Source of the DNA: Eledone cirrhosa
Lineage: Eukaryota
Direction of reading: 5' to 3'
DNA: 64,000 nucleotides
Assembly: GCA_964016885.1 (NCBI GenBank)
Contig: CAXHJY010000384.1
Span: 62,001-126,000, forward strand
Position 1 is the stretch's first letter. Each line of letters starts with the position of its first letter. The translations under genes were made by a program, and so were the position numbers. A model generated the notes under the pieces. It saw only the letters and a program-made list of their open reading frames with translations, made no database searches and was not told the DNA's origin. Shown here one piece after another: positions 12,400-26,140 of the stretch.

Positions 12400-13870
12400 G
12401 CAACCTTAGAGTCCGACACTCACATTGAATGATTTTGATTTAGCACCATTTATCCAAACACAAATACTCAGGACCACAAGGAGCTGACCATTGATTACAT
12501 ACTCCTGCAGAACAAGAGTATACCTCTTGGCAATACTGCCGCAAAAACTGGCAATGGTCCTGCGTGGCGTGGGATGGATGCACAAATATTGCATATCCCG
12601 AGACCCCCAAAGAGAGACCAGAACAGAGCAAACCTTGACAACTAGAACCTGCAACATCACAACCCTTACAAGTAAGAGGCAAGAACTAGTGGAGGAGATT
12701 AGATGCTACTGGCTAGATATAGTCGGGATTTCCTAAACAAAGTTCTGTGGCTCTGCTACTATAGATTTGGATGGAAAGTCTACTATTCAGGTGTGGTGCC
12801 AGAAATGACTGCACAGGCAGGAGTAGGGATACTCATAAGCCCTCAGCTGTCAGAATGTGTTATGGACTGGATCCATTTGGAGAGAGGATTTGCCTCTATC
12901 AGTTTAGGCTGAGAGATATGTCACTGTGGGTTGTGCAAGTTTATGCACCAAGCAAGGAGTTTGAATACAGGTCCTTCACAACAGCATTAGGTGTAGTTAT
13001 GACTGAGTCATATATCCTGACAGAAGACTTCAATGCACCTGTTGGCACTGACCACCTGACATTGGAAGGAATGGCGACCCTGATCTATATACAGATATAG
13101 AGGCCTTACTAGACTTCTGTTCTAGTAATGGACTCTCTATTATGAACACCTTCCAGCAGAGAGACATCCATAAATATACATAGTATAAGGGAAATCAGGG
13201 ACAGAGATCAATAATTGATTTTGTTACTGCCTCTGATCTCTTTGATTCTGTGCTAGATGTTCATGTTAAGAGAGGGGCTGAACTGTCATCTGATCATCAT
13301 CTAGTTATCTGCAACTTGACACTACCTAAAGCCAAAAAAGCCCCAAAACTGGTAGGTCCAGGGCCACCTACAGGATAAAGTGGGGAGCATTGGTGGATAA
13401 GGCAGTCAGGACCAGGTATGCAGATACTATTGCATCCAAATTCAGAGAACTCCCTAAGCAAGCTGTGGATGTTGAGACAGAGTAGAGATGGTTCAGCTCA
13501 GCATTTTCTGCTTCAGCTGTTAAATGTTGCGGGTGAATGAGGATTAGTGTTGTGGTGCAGGATGGCAGTAGGACCTCTTGGTTCAATCAAGAGGTCAAAG
13601 ATGCCATCAGAGCAAAGAAGAAGGCTTATAAAGTTTGGCTTGGAAATAAGTCCTCCTCCTTGCACTGGATCCCTGGAAAGGCACTAAAGCAATGGCAATC
13701 AGAAGTGATAATCCCAATTTTTAAAAATGGAGTCAGAGAGGTTGTTCTAATTACAGAGGAATCTCCTTCTTAAGCCTCCCCAGTAAAGTCTATGCTAAAT
13801 GTCTGGCAAAGAAATGCAGGGATATTGTCAAGTCTAAGCTAGCTGATGAACAGTGCAGTTTTCACTGAGA
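12400..13870 (+). mobile_element. RTE-clade LINE 5' part: decayed AP endonuclease plus start of RT, internally deleted
   Basis: TCNITTL...LDIVGIS; YSGV...AQAGVGILI; VQVYAP; EDFNAPVG; IDFV; SDHHLV; then IIPIFKNG...SNYRGISFLSLPSKVYAKCL...DEQCSF, with stops and frameshifts. Confidence 0.9.
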
Positions 13871-16800
13871 TGAAACTTAAGAGTTTATAAAATATTTCTA
13901 ACAGATATACCCATGATTATTCCAACTAGTTTCATGAAAACACTAGCTAGAAAAAACATTATCAGGCACTGTGGGATGTTAAATATTACCCTAATCATTT
14001 GATCTAATATATACCAGGTGAGAATTTAGATAGGTTTACTGATATATTCAAACTTCTCAGAGCCAGCCAGACCTCATGCTAGCTTCACTCAAGTGTTTCT
14101 AATTGGGATTGGGGCTTATAATATCAATTATGGCAACCATATTTTATATGGAGTACCAATCTCAAAATCCCATCTACTTTCACATGAATTCACCATCACC
14201 AAACACATTAATGTTCACAGCATTGAGCATTTGTAACTATATCACATTTGTTAGTGTTTCTAATGCCTATGAGTGTCAATTAATTTTGAAAATTTGGAGG
14301 AATTTAATAAAATAACTAACCTTCTCATTAGCAAGCTGATGTTTGGAAGATTACTTCATAAAAATTTCTTAAATAAAACAATGGTGGAAGCTTTTAATAT
14401 AATTATAAAATGGTTTCAAGCAGGTTAATATAAAAAGAGATATATAACCAACTATTTTAACTATCATTTTTACTACTACTACTACATTTTAAAAATACAT
14501 TAGTCAATAGTGTCATAGTGCAAGTGTAGTCTCCAGAGAGAACATATGTGAATTCCAGGCATTTACTGATTGGTACCACAGAATATATAGCCTTCATGCA
14601 TATACTCAATAGCCCCACACAACATATGTGCCATCTAACTAAAATAGCCATATCAGTAAGACTATGTTCCCCACCCTATATTCCAAATAAGTGCAATGTC
14701 AATATTTGCAGAGAAAGCTTTATAAACAGAATGAATGAAAAAATTCCCCATACGATAGCAATTATATTTAAATTTTATCATCCATACAGGTAGAAAAACA
14801 CACACGTGCGCGCAAAATGAATTCAAGGCTAAAATATTGACTGCCAGTTCATGAGTTGTGTTCAAAGTTGTTTCAAGTGTTTATCATAATATTTAATTTG
14901 ATAGGTCTCAGTTTACCTACCTGTGGAAGAACAGACATGTTCTCATATGTTTAACTCTTAACATTCTGTATTGTTAGCTACATTCTTGAAGAATACTAAA
15001 CAGAACTATGACCGCATCACATTAAAATTGAAGCCTTTACTTTAATACAACAAACTTTTACTAACTGTCCATAAATACTATTAACAAACTTGTTTTTAGA
15101 TATCTTTTACTAAATAATTACAGAATGTTAAGAGTTAAATTAAAAATTAAAAAAAACTAGTTTAACACCAACCCTATAGACACTTGTGATTCATGAAGAG
15201 ATTAACTTTTAACAGAGACACACAGACAGTGTTAAGAGTAGAGAAAGTCCTAATAGTGGAACTAAAGTAACACAAATATGATTCAAGATTAAAAGCCATA
15301 AAACACAGATATGGATGTCAATTAGCCGGATATGGACATATAGTGACCAAATGGTTTGCAACCAAAATCATTCTAACGCATTCTTTATTCATGCACGTGT
15401 ATTGGTGATGGTGTATGTGTGTATGTATGGATAGACGTAGGTGTATATATTGTGTGTGATGTAGCTGTGTCCATGTGCGACCTTCACTTCATATGAAAGG
15501 TCATGGCAGTAGAAACCAATATTAGTTTTCTTGAAGCTAGACTTTAAGGTAAAAACCTATAAAAGTATCATTAAAAAAATGAACTTGTTTATGTGTTCAA
15601 GCCACCAATTAAACTGCTATTCACAATTTGACATGAAGTATTCTTTGTAACCACACAAATAATTTAAAGGAGAAACCTTTGCAACAACACCAGCAAGTAC
15701 AATCTATCCTATATACAATATTTTTTTCAAGATTAGGCACAGATTTCTGCTTTTTTTTTTTTTTTTTTCTAAAGTGATTGGGTGGGAGATTTATCCCAAA
15801 AGGCCACCAAAGTTCATAATTTTAATGAGACAAGGGAGCCTCTGTGTGGTCATTTGACCCACTAGAAACAGCAACCAGATTACACTATACTGTCTTAAAT
15901 AAAGAAAAACATTTTAGATAATGTAATACTAAATACCCCTATGGGATGTGTCATGGTTAAAATGCCTTTGATCATAGGTTTGTTTGATTAGGACTAACTC
16001 GAGAAAATAACAATAACAGCTACCTCATGTTAATTAGTATAAGATAAAGATAAACTTTTTTATTTATGAAATGAAGCAAAAGTAAAATTTGCCCCAAAGA
16101 ATATTTAAAGACAAACATTTTATAAACAGTTTGAAAAACAAATTCTTATTTCCAAACTCCATTCAAATATTTGAAATATTTTATAATGACTAGCTGCCTT
16201 AAAATAGATACCTACAACGTCAGAGATACAAACATGCCATGGCTATTTCATGACAGATTAAATTACACAATCACTTATCAATAAGTCTCAAGTTTTTCAT
16301 AGCAAATCAGATCATTTTACTTATCCTGGTCAACTAATATGAACCACTCCCAAGTCAGTGAATGGAAGAACATATGATATTTGATACAAGACTTGAATCA
16401 TAAAAACAAAATAAACTACATGATCAAAGGGAGTTATCAAATGGATACCACTGTGATGGGCTTGCTAACCATTTGTTCTGAGTTAATGCAGCAGATCTTG
16501 GTATAAACACATACACATGCACAAATATCTAAATCTCCACTGAGTGTTCCAGAAATATTAGTCTTATCTGATTGGATAATTATGAACACTCATTTAAAAA
16601 TTGGGTTGATAACATTCTGAACAGAGCTTTTTGTGATGAGGTAACTGTAAATCTGCTAACTTTAGTTATTGATTTTTTTTTTTGAGAGAGAGAGAGAGAT
16701 ATATATAGCCTAGAGCTGATGGCAAATGAGGCATGGTTGAATGGTTAAGGAATTTGATTTCCATAATTAGGTCCTGGGTTCAATTCCAGTCAGTCATCTT

Positions 16801-17630
16801 GAGCAAGTGTCATTTACTATAGCCCCAAGTTGACCCTTGCCTTGTGGGTGAAATTGGGTTGATGGAAACTATTTGGAAGCCTGTCAGACAGGCTGAACCA
16901 GACTTGTCCTATTGAATCTTCCTAAGAATTATGTTAAGGATACATGTGTCTGTGAAATTATCAGCCACTTTCACATTAATTTCACATTCAAAAGTTAGGG
17001 TGAATGCTGAAAAAGTTATATTAATATTTCATTAGAAGTAGGATAGTAGAGCTAACACAGAAGGGAAACATATTCATAGTTGAGAAAATATAAGTAGATT
17101 TTTAGGTTGAATGACAAGTTCTTCAGCCTGGAAATCACCATACCTACAGAAAATGATAGCTGAATATAGACAGCAACTATGTAATAAGAAACAAAAACAT
17201 TTGAATTAATCTCTTTCTTGCTTACCACTGTCATTGACCTCAATGAAGAAATTACTGGAACATAAGATAGATTATTTTCATAAAACACTACATGAATGGA
17301 TATGAAATAATAGTGTTGGTATATATTAAAAGTCACGACATAATAATCTGAAATAATCTCGGTTTACAACAATAATGTTAGCTTCAGTAATATTAGCTCC
17401 ACACACATTACTTTCTCATGCTAAGTCTGCAGTCTGTAGTCAGTGTTTCTCAGATCATCTCTCTAAATCAGTAATCTTTTACATCAGATCTAAATACTAC
17501 CCAAGTCTTTGTCTACCCAGGGTAGCATTAATCACTACCATCATCTATTTTCCTCTATTAAGTACACTGCAACCAAACACCTTCACCCTATATAAAAAGA
17601 TGTTTATTTTATCAGACAGTTGCAACTTAC

Positions 17631-17713
17631 AGCATCAGTGGAGAACTCAACTATCAGCTGTGTTCCATCACCAGCATTGTATTCTTTGATATCAAGTGCT
17701 AGGTGGACTAAGC
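17631..17713 (-). other. Candidate exon (83 nt) of an unidentified minus-strand transcript
   Basis: ttcttgcag| ... |gtaagt; one open frame (x)LVHLALDIKEYNAGDGTQLIVEFSTDA; no homology recognised. Confidence 0.3.
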
Positions 17714-19531
17714 CTGCAAGAACTGCCAATATATACTATTAAGTGGAAAAATATGACTAGCTTCAAATTATTAGGTTCAAAACTATCCCCAAATATGGAT
17801 GGGAGAAGAAAAAACCCTAACATATTTTCTTCAACTTATGGAGAAGTACCAAACTCGCCACTGTAACAATACAGCAAAAAAATGACAACCTTTTCTGTGT
17901 GTTGACCTCATCTTCAGATCTTGATATAAAACAATGTTTTATATAATTTTCCTTGAATATGTATGGACTGAGATTGAACTCACATGCCCTTATTTCATGC
18001 AAAATTACATTTATTCACTAGATCCCAAATAGTGCTTTTACAAAAAAATAAAAAAAAGTTTTCCAGCTGAAACATTTACCATTGAGTATTAATGGTAATA
18101 CTCTATAGTAATTATCATTTATGTAAACACTAAATGTGGTTTATCAATGATGCTTACCACTTCACTGCAATGTAAACTAACTAAAGTATCTGTCAACAGA
18201 GATCTACTACTAGCTTTCATAGTACTCTCTTTACTACACTGTAAACTGTCACCATTGCTCTAGTACAAAGCTTTCCAAACATTTCACATTGGTGACAGAT
18301 TTTTTTTTTTTTTGTGATACACAAAAAGTTTTGTTAGTGACATGAAGTAAATAGAAGGAAAGAAAGGGAGGACCACATTGATCATGGTTTACCATGGGTT
18401 GCACTTAGAAAGTTCTTCTCCAAAGCACAAACCTAGAGAAGATGATTTTTGTGGAAGAACAGCAGTTGCCCATGCAAACCAGTCTCCTCTCTCTATGCCA
18501 CTGATGTCCAAGAGAAAGGCAAAGGCTGATAAAGCATGGCATCAGTGATGCTGCAACTCATTTTATCCAGCTGAGTAAACTGAAGCAAGATGAAATAAAG
18601 CATCCTGCTCAAAGACACAATGCATCAGGGAATCAGAGAGGAATGAATGTTGAGTCTTAGAGTTAAGTTCACAGCCAAATATTTGTAAAAGAAATATCAG
18701 ATTTGACAATCTTTTCATTACTATATTTCTAATGAAAAACAGTGTACGATTTTCATATAATTTTGAAAATAATCAAAAACTTCAGCAGATTTAGTAATAT
18801 AACTAAATTCGTCATTATTAGTCTAGGTTTTTTTTTTACATAAAATTATGATTGAAGGATTTTAGATAAAGATGGACATTTTAAAACAAATAACTTTTTA
18901 TCATGGAACTAAGGAGTTCCAGACAGTTTGATATGAAATGGGTTAATTTCATGACAGTTTGGAAAACTCTGGTGTAATAGCACCCATGGAGTGCAGTGTT
19001 GTTCAACAGCACTGAGACATGAATGAAAAGGTAGTAAATACAACTACAGATGACAATCAAAAAGTGTTGCATTTCAAGATTTAAACACACTAAGTGATAG
19101 CAATATCATGGCAATGATGTTAGTTGTTTTGTCTGACCTTTATAAAACATAAAGCATCTTAAAACTTGCATGCCACTCAACCCTGTCAGCTGCCCCAGGA
19201 TAACAACGTAAAAGTCAATTCCTATTGACATTTTGTATGATACTCTGAACTAGTTTGTGCCAATAAATTTGACTATTTTAATAGTAGCACTGTGGGAACA
19301 AGTGTGAGGGGGAAGTACATTTTCTGTGGCATTGAACATCATTCTATTGTAGCAAAAATAATAATTTTAAAATATCAATATAGGGCATTTAAAATTATTA
19401 ATAAGTTAGAAAATAACTTTTTGTGATGGCTTAATTTATCAAAAGCAAATTCCTTAATTAAATATAATGAAAACTTACTATCTATAATCATTAGCACCCA
19501 TTAGTAGTTGATGGAAGAGAGAGGAATATAA

Positions 19532-19682
19532 ATAATTGTTTCTACTTTAGGCACAAGGCCAGCAACTACCCAGTACATTACTGGTACTTTATTTTATCGA
19601 CCCCGTAAGGATGAAAGGCAAAGTTAACCTCGGCGGGATTTGAACTCAGACTGTAAAGGGACGTAACTATGCTAGAAAGCAT
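19532..19682 (-). mobile_element. 5'-truncated Nin/Deu-domain SINE with target-site duplication
   Basis: Direct repeat agagaggaatataaataat on both sides. Confidence 0.85.
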
Positions 19683-20530
19683 AGAGAGGAATATAAATAA
19701 TGAATTGCAGAAGGTGATAGGAACAAAGCCAGTGATGAATGGTGTGAAGAGAAATGGCTGGATCATGTGTTGAAGAAGGATGAAAGTGAAATGACTGCAT
19801 GAAAGGAAGATGGGAGTAGAGCTAGTGATGAATAGTGTGAAGAGAAATGGAATGAGTTGGCTGGATCATGTGTTGAAGAAAGATGAAAGTAACTGAGTGA
19901 GAGTGATAGAAATGAAAACCAACGGGTTGATAAAGGAGGGTGATGTAAATAATTCAGCAAACTGGAGAGGTTAACCCCTGTTTTAGCAATGGAAATATCC
20001 TTAAAAAGCTTGTTGTGTTGTAGTAGTTAGTGATACTTTGTAAAAGTTCCAAGCTAAACATGCCACCAAATTTGTCAGTAATGCCAGCATATCATGTATG
20101 ATAGGCAGATTAATAACTGTTACAAGGTTAAACATACGGAAAGCTGCAGTAGTAGAAATCCTTTCATTCTATGCCAATATGGAAAAACAGAAATAAAAGT
20201 CAATGAAGATTATGATGCCTGAAAGGGCTTTATTTGGTGTTATTGTTTGAGTTCAAAGGGCAGTAGATTAGCTGCATCAGTAGAGGGTCAGATAACATGC
20301 TTTGTAGCATATAGTTAAGTCCCTTTACATTCTGAGTTCATATCCCGCTGAGGTTAGCTTTGATTTTTATCCTTATGGTGTTGATAAAATATAGTACCAG
20401 TAATGCTCTGGATCGATTTGTTTGACTTTCCCTTCGCCAAAAATTGTTAGCCTTGTGCCTAAATCAGAAACCACTGAGTTCAAATTCAGCCATGGTCAAC
20501 TTTATTTTATTATCTGTAGAAAGATAAAAT

Positions 20531-20795
20531 GGAACCTTATGATTGCAAAACAAATTTGATAATCATTCAAATAATTATTTATAACATAGGCACAGGGCTA
20601 GCAATTTGGGAGAAATAGAAGTCGATTGACACCAGTATTTGACTGGTACTTTATTTTATTATCCGTAGAAAGATAAAATGCAAAGTACCAGTCAATATAA
20701 TCGACTTCTATTTCTCCCAAATTGCTAGCCCTGTGCCAATGTTAGAAATAATTATTTGAATGATTATCAAATTTGTTTTGCAATCATAAAGCTCC
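20531..20795. repeat. Fold-back inverted duplication, arms about 115 bp
   Basis: 20531-20652 is the near-perfect reverse complement of 20682-20795; the spacer duplicates about 20500-20531. Confidence 0.9.
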
Positions 20796-21279
20796 AGGCT
20801 CAGTCACACTATCTAGCCCCTAGGAATTAAGTGCTTCAGATCAACTCAAGTCTTGTGAATAACACTGAGTTGGGGGAAATTGGTTGGGGGCTTATTATGT
20901 GGACTGTATCTATAATTTTACCATAGCCCTGGGTCGTGGCTGTGGTACAAGGCACTTAATAGGTGCAGGCAATCATAGGGTTCAGTGGCATCTTGGACTA
21001 TAGCCTTGGATTGATCAATGCCTTGTGAATGGAATTTGGTATATAGAGATGAGATTATGGAAGATAGTCATTCATATATATATATATAATCATCATTTCA
21101 TTTTACGTCTGCTTTTTCCCTGCTTGCAAGGGTGGGACGGGAACTGATTCCGGCTTGATTTCTACAGCTGGATGCCCTTCCTAACACCAACCTCATTTAC
21201 AGTGAGTGCTGGGTGCTTTTTTGCCGTGGCACCTCCACGACCACTTTACAGTGGAATGATATGGACCTCAGTCCCTATC

Positions 21280-21408
21280 ATCTCATTTCTATAGCTGAGT
21301 AAACTGGAGCAATGTGAAATAAAGTGTCTTGTTCAAAGAAACGGCACTTCACCCGGAGCAAGAGACTTTATTTCACATTGCTCCAGTTTACTCAGCTGTA
21401 GAAATGAG

Positions 21409-21410
<2 letters not shown>
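21280..21410. repeat. SINE-derived fold-back, arms about 55 bp
   Basis: atctcatttctatagctgagtaaactggagcaatgtgaaataaagtgtcttgttc pairs with 21356-21410. Confidence 0.9.
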
Positions 21411-21449
<39 letters not shown>

Positions 21450-21659
21450 CCATATGTGTGTCTGTGAGAATGGGTGTGTATATCTGTGGGTGCATGGATG
21501 TGTATGTTCATGTGTGCATGGGTGTCCATGTCCATGACTGTGTGTGTGTGTTTGTACCTTTGAAAACAAACAGATTGTTGAAGCTGCTTTTGCTTGTAGT
21601 CCAGGAAAGTCAACTGGATGAGCTTCACAAAAACTTGATATCTCTTAAAGATCAATTAT

Positions 21660-22350
21660 AAGAATGTTACACAATGCTAACTTAAGACCATATCGTCCAT
21701 TCTTGCTCCCCTCATTGAATGAAGATGATTATGACTTGTGTAGGGTTCTGTCAGATATTCCAGTAACCCTTGTTTGGAGGATGCCACTTTCCCAGAAAAG
21801 ATCATTTGGAGAGATGAGACAACTTTTAAATTGAACAGCCAAGTCAACCGGCATAATTCTAGTTACTGGGCAAGTGAAAATCTGCATCTAGTCCTCAAGA
21901 AGGAAGTCAACACTATCAGTGTCACAGTTTGGATCAGGATTTGCTTCAGATCTGATTGGGCTGATTTTTTTTCGAAGGAATTGTAACAGGTAACAACAAT
22001 GTGGTAATGATCAACAATGAATTACAGCCAAATTTTACAAAATGTGGTTCCAGCAAGATGGTACAACTCATTACAGCATCATTGCGTGCAACTGGCTTGA
22101 TGAACTTTCCATGCAGATGGATCAGACACCATGGTCCTATCGAGTATCCTCCTTGATCTCCTGATCTTTCACCTCTTGACATTTTTTTCTTTTGAGTGTA
22201 CTAAAGAATTCAGTCTATGCTGAAAAACAGAGAAGTGTTCAGGAGCTTAAAGCAAAGATAGTGAATATTTATGTGGAAATCAATGTTGACTTGTGTTGAT
22301 GTCTATGTTATTCTGTTCTTGATAGAACTTCAAAATGTATTGAGGAATGG
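21660..22350 (+). pseudogene. Decayed Tc1/mariner transposase (DDxD, maT/Tc3-like)
   Basis: IIWRDETTFKLNSQVNRHN..YW; VTVW; WFQQDG..HY; YPP*SPDLSPLDIF; LKNSVY motifs with frameshifts and stops. Confidence 0.85.
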
Positions 22351-22403
22351 AGTCAGCTTCACAAACAATTACTTTAATTATATAATAATAATAATAATAA
22401 TAA

Positions 22404-22592
22404 TAATTGTTTCTACGTTAGGCACAAGGCCAGCAATTACCCAGTGTGTTTCTGGTACTTTATTTTATCGACCCCATAAGGATGAAAGGCAAAGTTAACC
22501 TCGGCGGGATTCGAACTCAGAATGGCAAGGGCCGTAACTCTATGCATCAAAGCATAGCGTCCGACCCTCTACCGACACTGCCAATCCACCGT
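22404..22592 (-). mobile_element. Nin/Deu-domain SINE with expanded (TTA)n tail
   Basis: Same family as 1942. Confidence 0.85.
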
Positions 22593-23741
22593 CTCATAAT
22601 AATAATGAAATAGTGTGTACAGTGCTCAGGTGCACTACAACTCATCAAAAAATGTATGTACAGTACATAGGGTAATGTACAGTACATAGGGTAATGTACA
22701 AACATCATATTTTTTAAACTATTTTTGTTTGATGTAGGACCAGAATTTTAGTAAATATCATCATTTGGAATATGAAAATTGGACAAACACACACACATAT
22801 ATTTATCATCATTATCATTTAACATTGATTTTCATGCTCTTTCCTTTTAACACTATCATTACCATATTTCTAACATAAGACACTGCCTATAGTTTTCAAT
22901 TAATTTGGAAAATTATCAAGAATTTTGAGGGATTTAGTAATATGACTAACATCCTCATTCAGTTGATACTTGGAACATAACTTAAGGATTTTTACATAGA
23001 ATTGACAGAAGATTTTTAGATAAATATAAACACTTTAAAATGAATGGCTTCAGGCAGTTGGTATCAAAAGGGATTTTTAATTATTTTTATTTCTATTGAG
23101 ATGAATGTTGGTAAGATATGATGAACCCAGTTCCAAATTACGTATTATCAAGCAAGCATGACTAATTGACAATCCATTAGTTTACTACTTTTCCCTTTGA
23201 AGAAGTAGAGTAGATTTCGAGTTATTAGGGAGAACCCAAAACACGCACACACACACACAAATACAGTTATTTATTGAGAACTGTAGTAGAGATAGAGATA
23301 TGTTTGCGAAAAGTTTAGATAAAAATTGTTACAAAAACATGAATTTATGAAGAGATAAATTTAATGAATTCCTCTAGACGTAATGTAAATATTTAATTTA
23401 TATTATCAGAGATTATTGATCAAGGTGGAGAAGAAAATTAAATACTAAGGCTTTAACTTGTAATATATGATTTGATAAAATTATACTGAGAAGACTAAAA
23501 GTCATTTTATTACCAAGATGTCAGTCCATAGATTATCAGACAAATATTATGAATGTTCTGTGTATAACCTTGAGAGGTACAGAGTTCAATATACTGAAGC
23601 AGCTGCTAGCCACTTTTTTTTCGTTTATAGGGATATTTTACCCAATTTTCAGGTAAACTGTTAACAGTCATTTTCTGTATTTGAGATTGTCTACATTTTC
23701 TAAGAATTTCAATTCACCCAACACTGATTATTTACAAATGA

Positions 23742-23744
<3 letters not shown>

Positions 23745-23785
<41 letters not shown>

Positions 23786-24005
23786 CAAGATTAAAGTATC
23801 AACTATAATCTTGCCTGAATGCATTATGTGTATATATGTATGTATATATATATGTGCCTGTATGTATATGTATATATATGTGTGTGTATGTATATATGTG
23901 CGTGTATGTATATATGTGCGTGTATGTATATATATATATATGTGTGTGTATGTATATATATATATTATCTATATACATACATGCATACACATATATATAT
24001 ACATA
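23745..24005. repeat. (TA)n and TA/TG-rich compound microsatellite
   Basis: Seen directly. Confidence 0.9.
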
Positions 24006-24097
24006 CACAACCACTCCCTAACCATAAAAAAATAATTCTATGAAGAAAATTTACAATTGGATAAGTAATGTATATACATACCCTTATATGAACAAAC

Positions 24098-24198
24098 CAC
24101 ACCCCTGATGACAGCCAGTAAACCGCCAAGCCCTTTGGCAAACAGTCTGGAACTAGTTGTTGAAATGGTAAGTGCTCAGCCGTTGGGTCCCAACTCTT

Positions 24199-24200
<2 letters not shown>
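24098..24200 (+). mobile_element. Penelope-like terminal fragment with degenerate type I hammerhead motif
   Basis: cacccCTGATGA-cag...ctg-GAA(A missing)CTAGT-T-gttg, ending at (TA)n. Confidence 0.45.
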
Positions 24201-24246
<46 letters not shown>

Positions 24247-24444
24247 TATGTTGGATGGTTTAACTAATAGGTAGATCTAGTCATTCTGATAGGCAGACCG
24301 TGATGCAATAAGGAAAAGCACTCAACGTTATGCGAGACTCTCCGTCATAGTGATCGTATCATTAGCCAGGCTGCTTCCGTATCAATCCTTTGTTTATATT
24401 TTGCTATAACCCAGTAGGGATTACTAAATTAAATCTTTTATGCT

Positions 24445-24524
24445 AATTACACCTGATGATGTCGATTGTCTTGCTTCATGGTCTAATGATGTAAGTTAGC
24501 CATAAAAATATGTATTGTGTAATT
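24445..24524 (+). ncRNA. Degenerate type I hammerhead ribozyme motif
   Basis: Perfect 8-bp stem I aattacac/gtgtaatt around CTGATGA ... AAAA-TATGTAT-T; core G12 and the cleavage base appear mutated. Confidence 0.45.
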
Positions 24525-25646
24525 GTGTAACATTAAAGGAATATATTGGAACCTGGCCTTCTGTTTTCAGTGTGTGTATGTGTGTGTGTGTAATTTAAAA
24601 TATAATAGTATCTTTGTATTGTAAATGGCTATCATAGTGTATATACACAACAAAATGACAAAAGTGAATATAATATTATCCTTGCACTTTAGTTGGCTAT
24701 CATGAAGCAACTGTTTCAATTTTGACATATGATTCCATATTAAATCACAAGCCAAACTTGTTCATTTCCAAAATAATTATGATTTTGATCATAAAAAAAT
24801 TACACTCTTTAAAGGATTATAGTGAAATAAGTATGAAAGTTTTAACAGAAATTTGACACAGGGTTATAAATATAGTTTACCAAACAATTACTAGTAACAC
24901 ACCACTTTAATTTTCTTTGGCAAAAAATAAGGCCAGAATTTATGGGCATAGAAATTAGTCTTCTTTAATATCACTGGTTTGTTATTTACCAGAAAACAAT
25001 TGTGATAGCATGTAACATCTCTATCCAACATAACTGTCTCTGTGATTACTTGATATGCTAGAAATATCAACTAAATCGCCTTCGATTCACACCCTCATCA
25101 TCACCATTTTACATCCATTCTCCCATGCTAGCATGGGTTAGACGAGTTGTCCTGTTGAGGGCAATGCCAGGTCAGGTGACCATGTCTTGCTCATACAGAA
25201 CTGATTTTGGCCTTGATTTCTACAGCTGCATGCACTTCCTAACACCAACCTCATTTACAGTGAGTACTGGGTGCTTTTTACTGTGGCGCCTACACAACCA
25301 CTTTACAGGGTGGACTGGATGCTTTTTTGTCATGACACCTACACCCTAACCATCTAAAGTAAGCCAGAAACAGCCCTATATGAGCAACACATGGTCAGCC
25401 GACCCAACTTGCCTCTAATGGGACAAACCCGTCTAACCCATGCTCGCATGGAAAATGGACGTTAAATGATGATGATGATACATCAGAGAGTATAAAAGGC
25501 ATAAAAGGCATATTTAGACAACAGTAATCAGTGAAGGCGTGTAGCCTAATAGTTTGAGTGTTAACTCATGATCATATGGTTGTGGAATTCATTTATAGAC
25601 TGGATAGCACATTGTTTTTTGAGCAAAACACTCCATTTCATGTTAG

Positions 25647-26140
25647 GAAACCTCTTATAAGATGCAATCTTTTAGAAGGCCAGTTAAACCTTCAGAGGTG
25701 TGAGCTGCAACAAAATGATAAGACTTTGTCTTCTATCGTTAAAACACCTAAGAAACCTCCTATAAGATGCAACCTTGTAGGTGACCAGCTAAACTTACAT
25801 AGGTGTGAGCTCTAACAACAATGATAGGACTGGGTCCTCTATCGTTAAAACACCTGAGAAACCTTCTGTAAGACCCAACCTTGGATGAAGCCAGCTAAGA
25901 CACATAGGTGTCAGCTGAAACAACAACATGATAGGATCGGGACCCCTATTGTAAAAACACCTGAGAAACCTCCTATAGAATGCAACCTTGTATGAAACTA
26001 GCTAAACTTGCATAGGTGTGAGCTGTAACAACAAAATAATAGGATAGGGACCCCTATTGTGAAAACATCCAAGAAACTTATAAGATACAACCATGAGAAG
26101 ATCAGCTAAACCTATATAGGTGTGAGCTCGCTCCAACAAC
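25647..26140. repeat. Diverged tandem repeat, about 105-108 bp unit, about 5 copies
   Basis: gaaacct..tataagatgcaacc...aggtgtgagct...aacaa..tgatagga...aaaacacct recurs at about 25647, 25752, 25858, 25964 and 26073. Confidence 0.85.
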
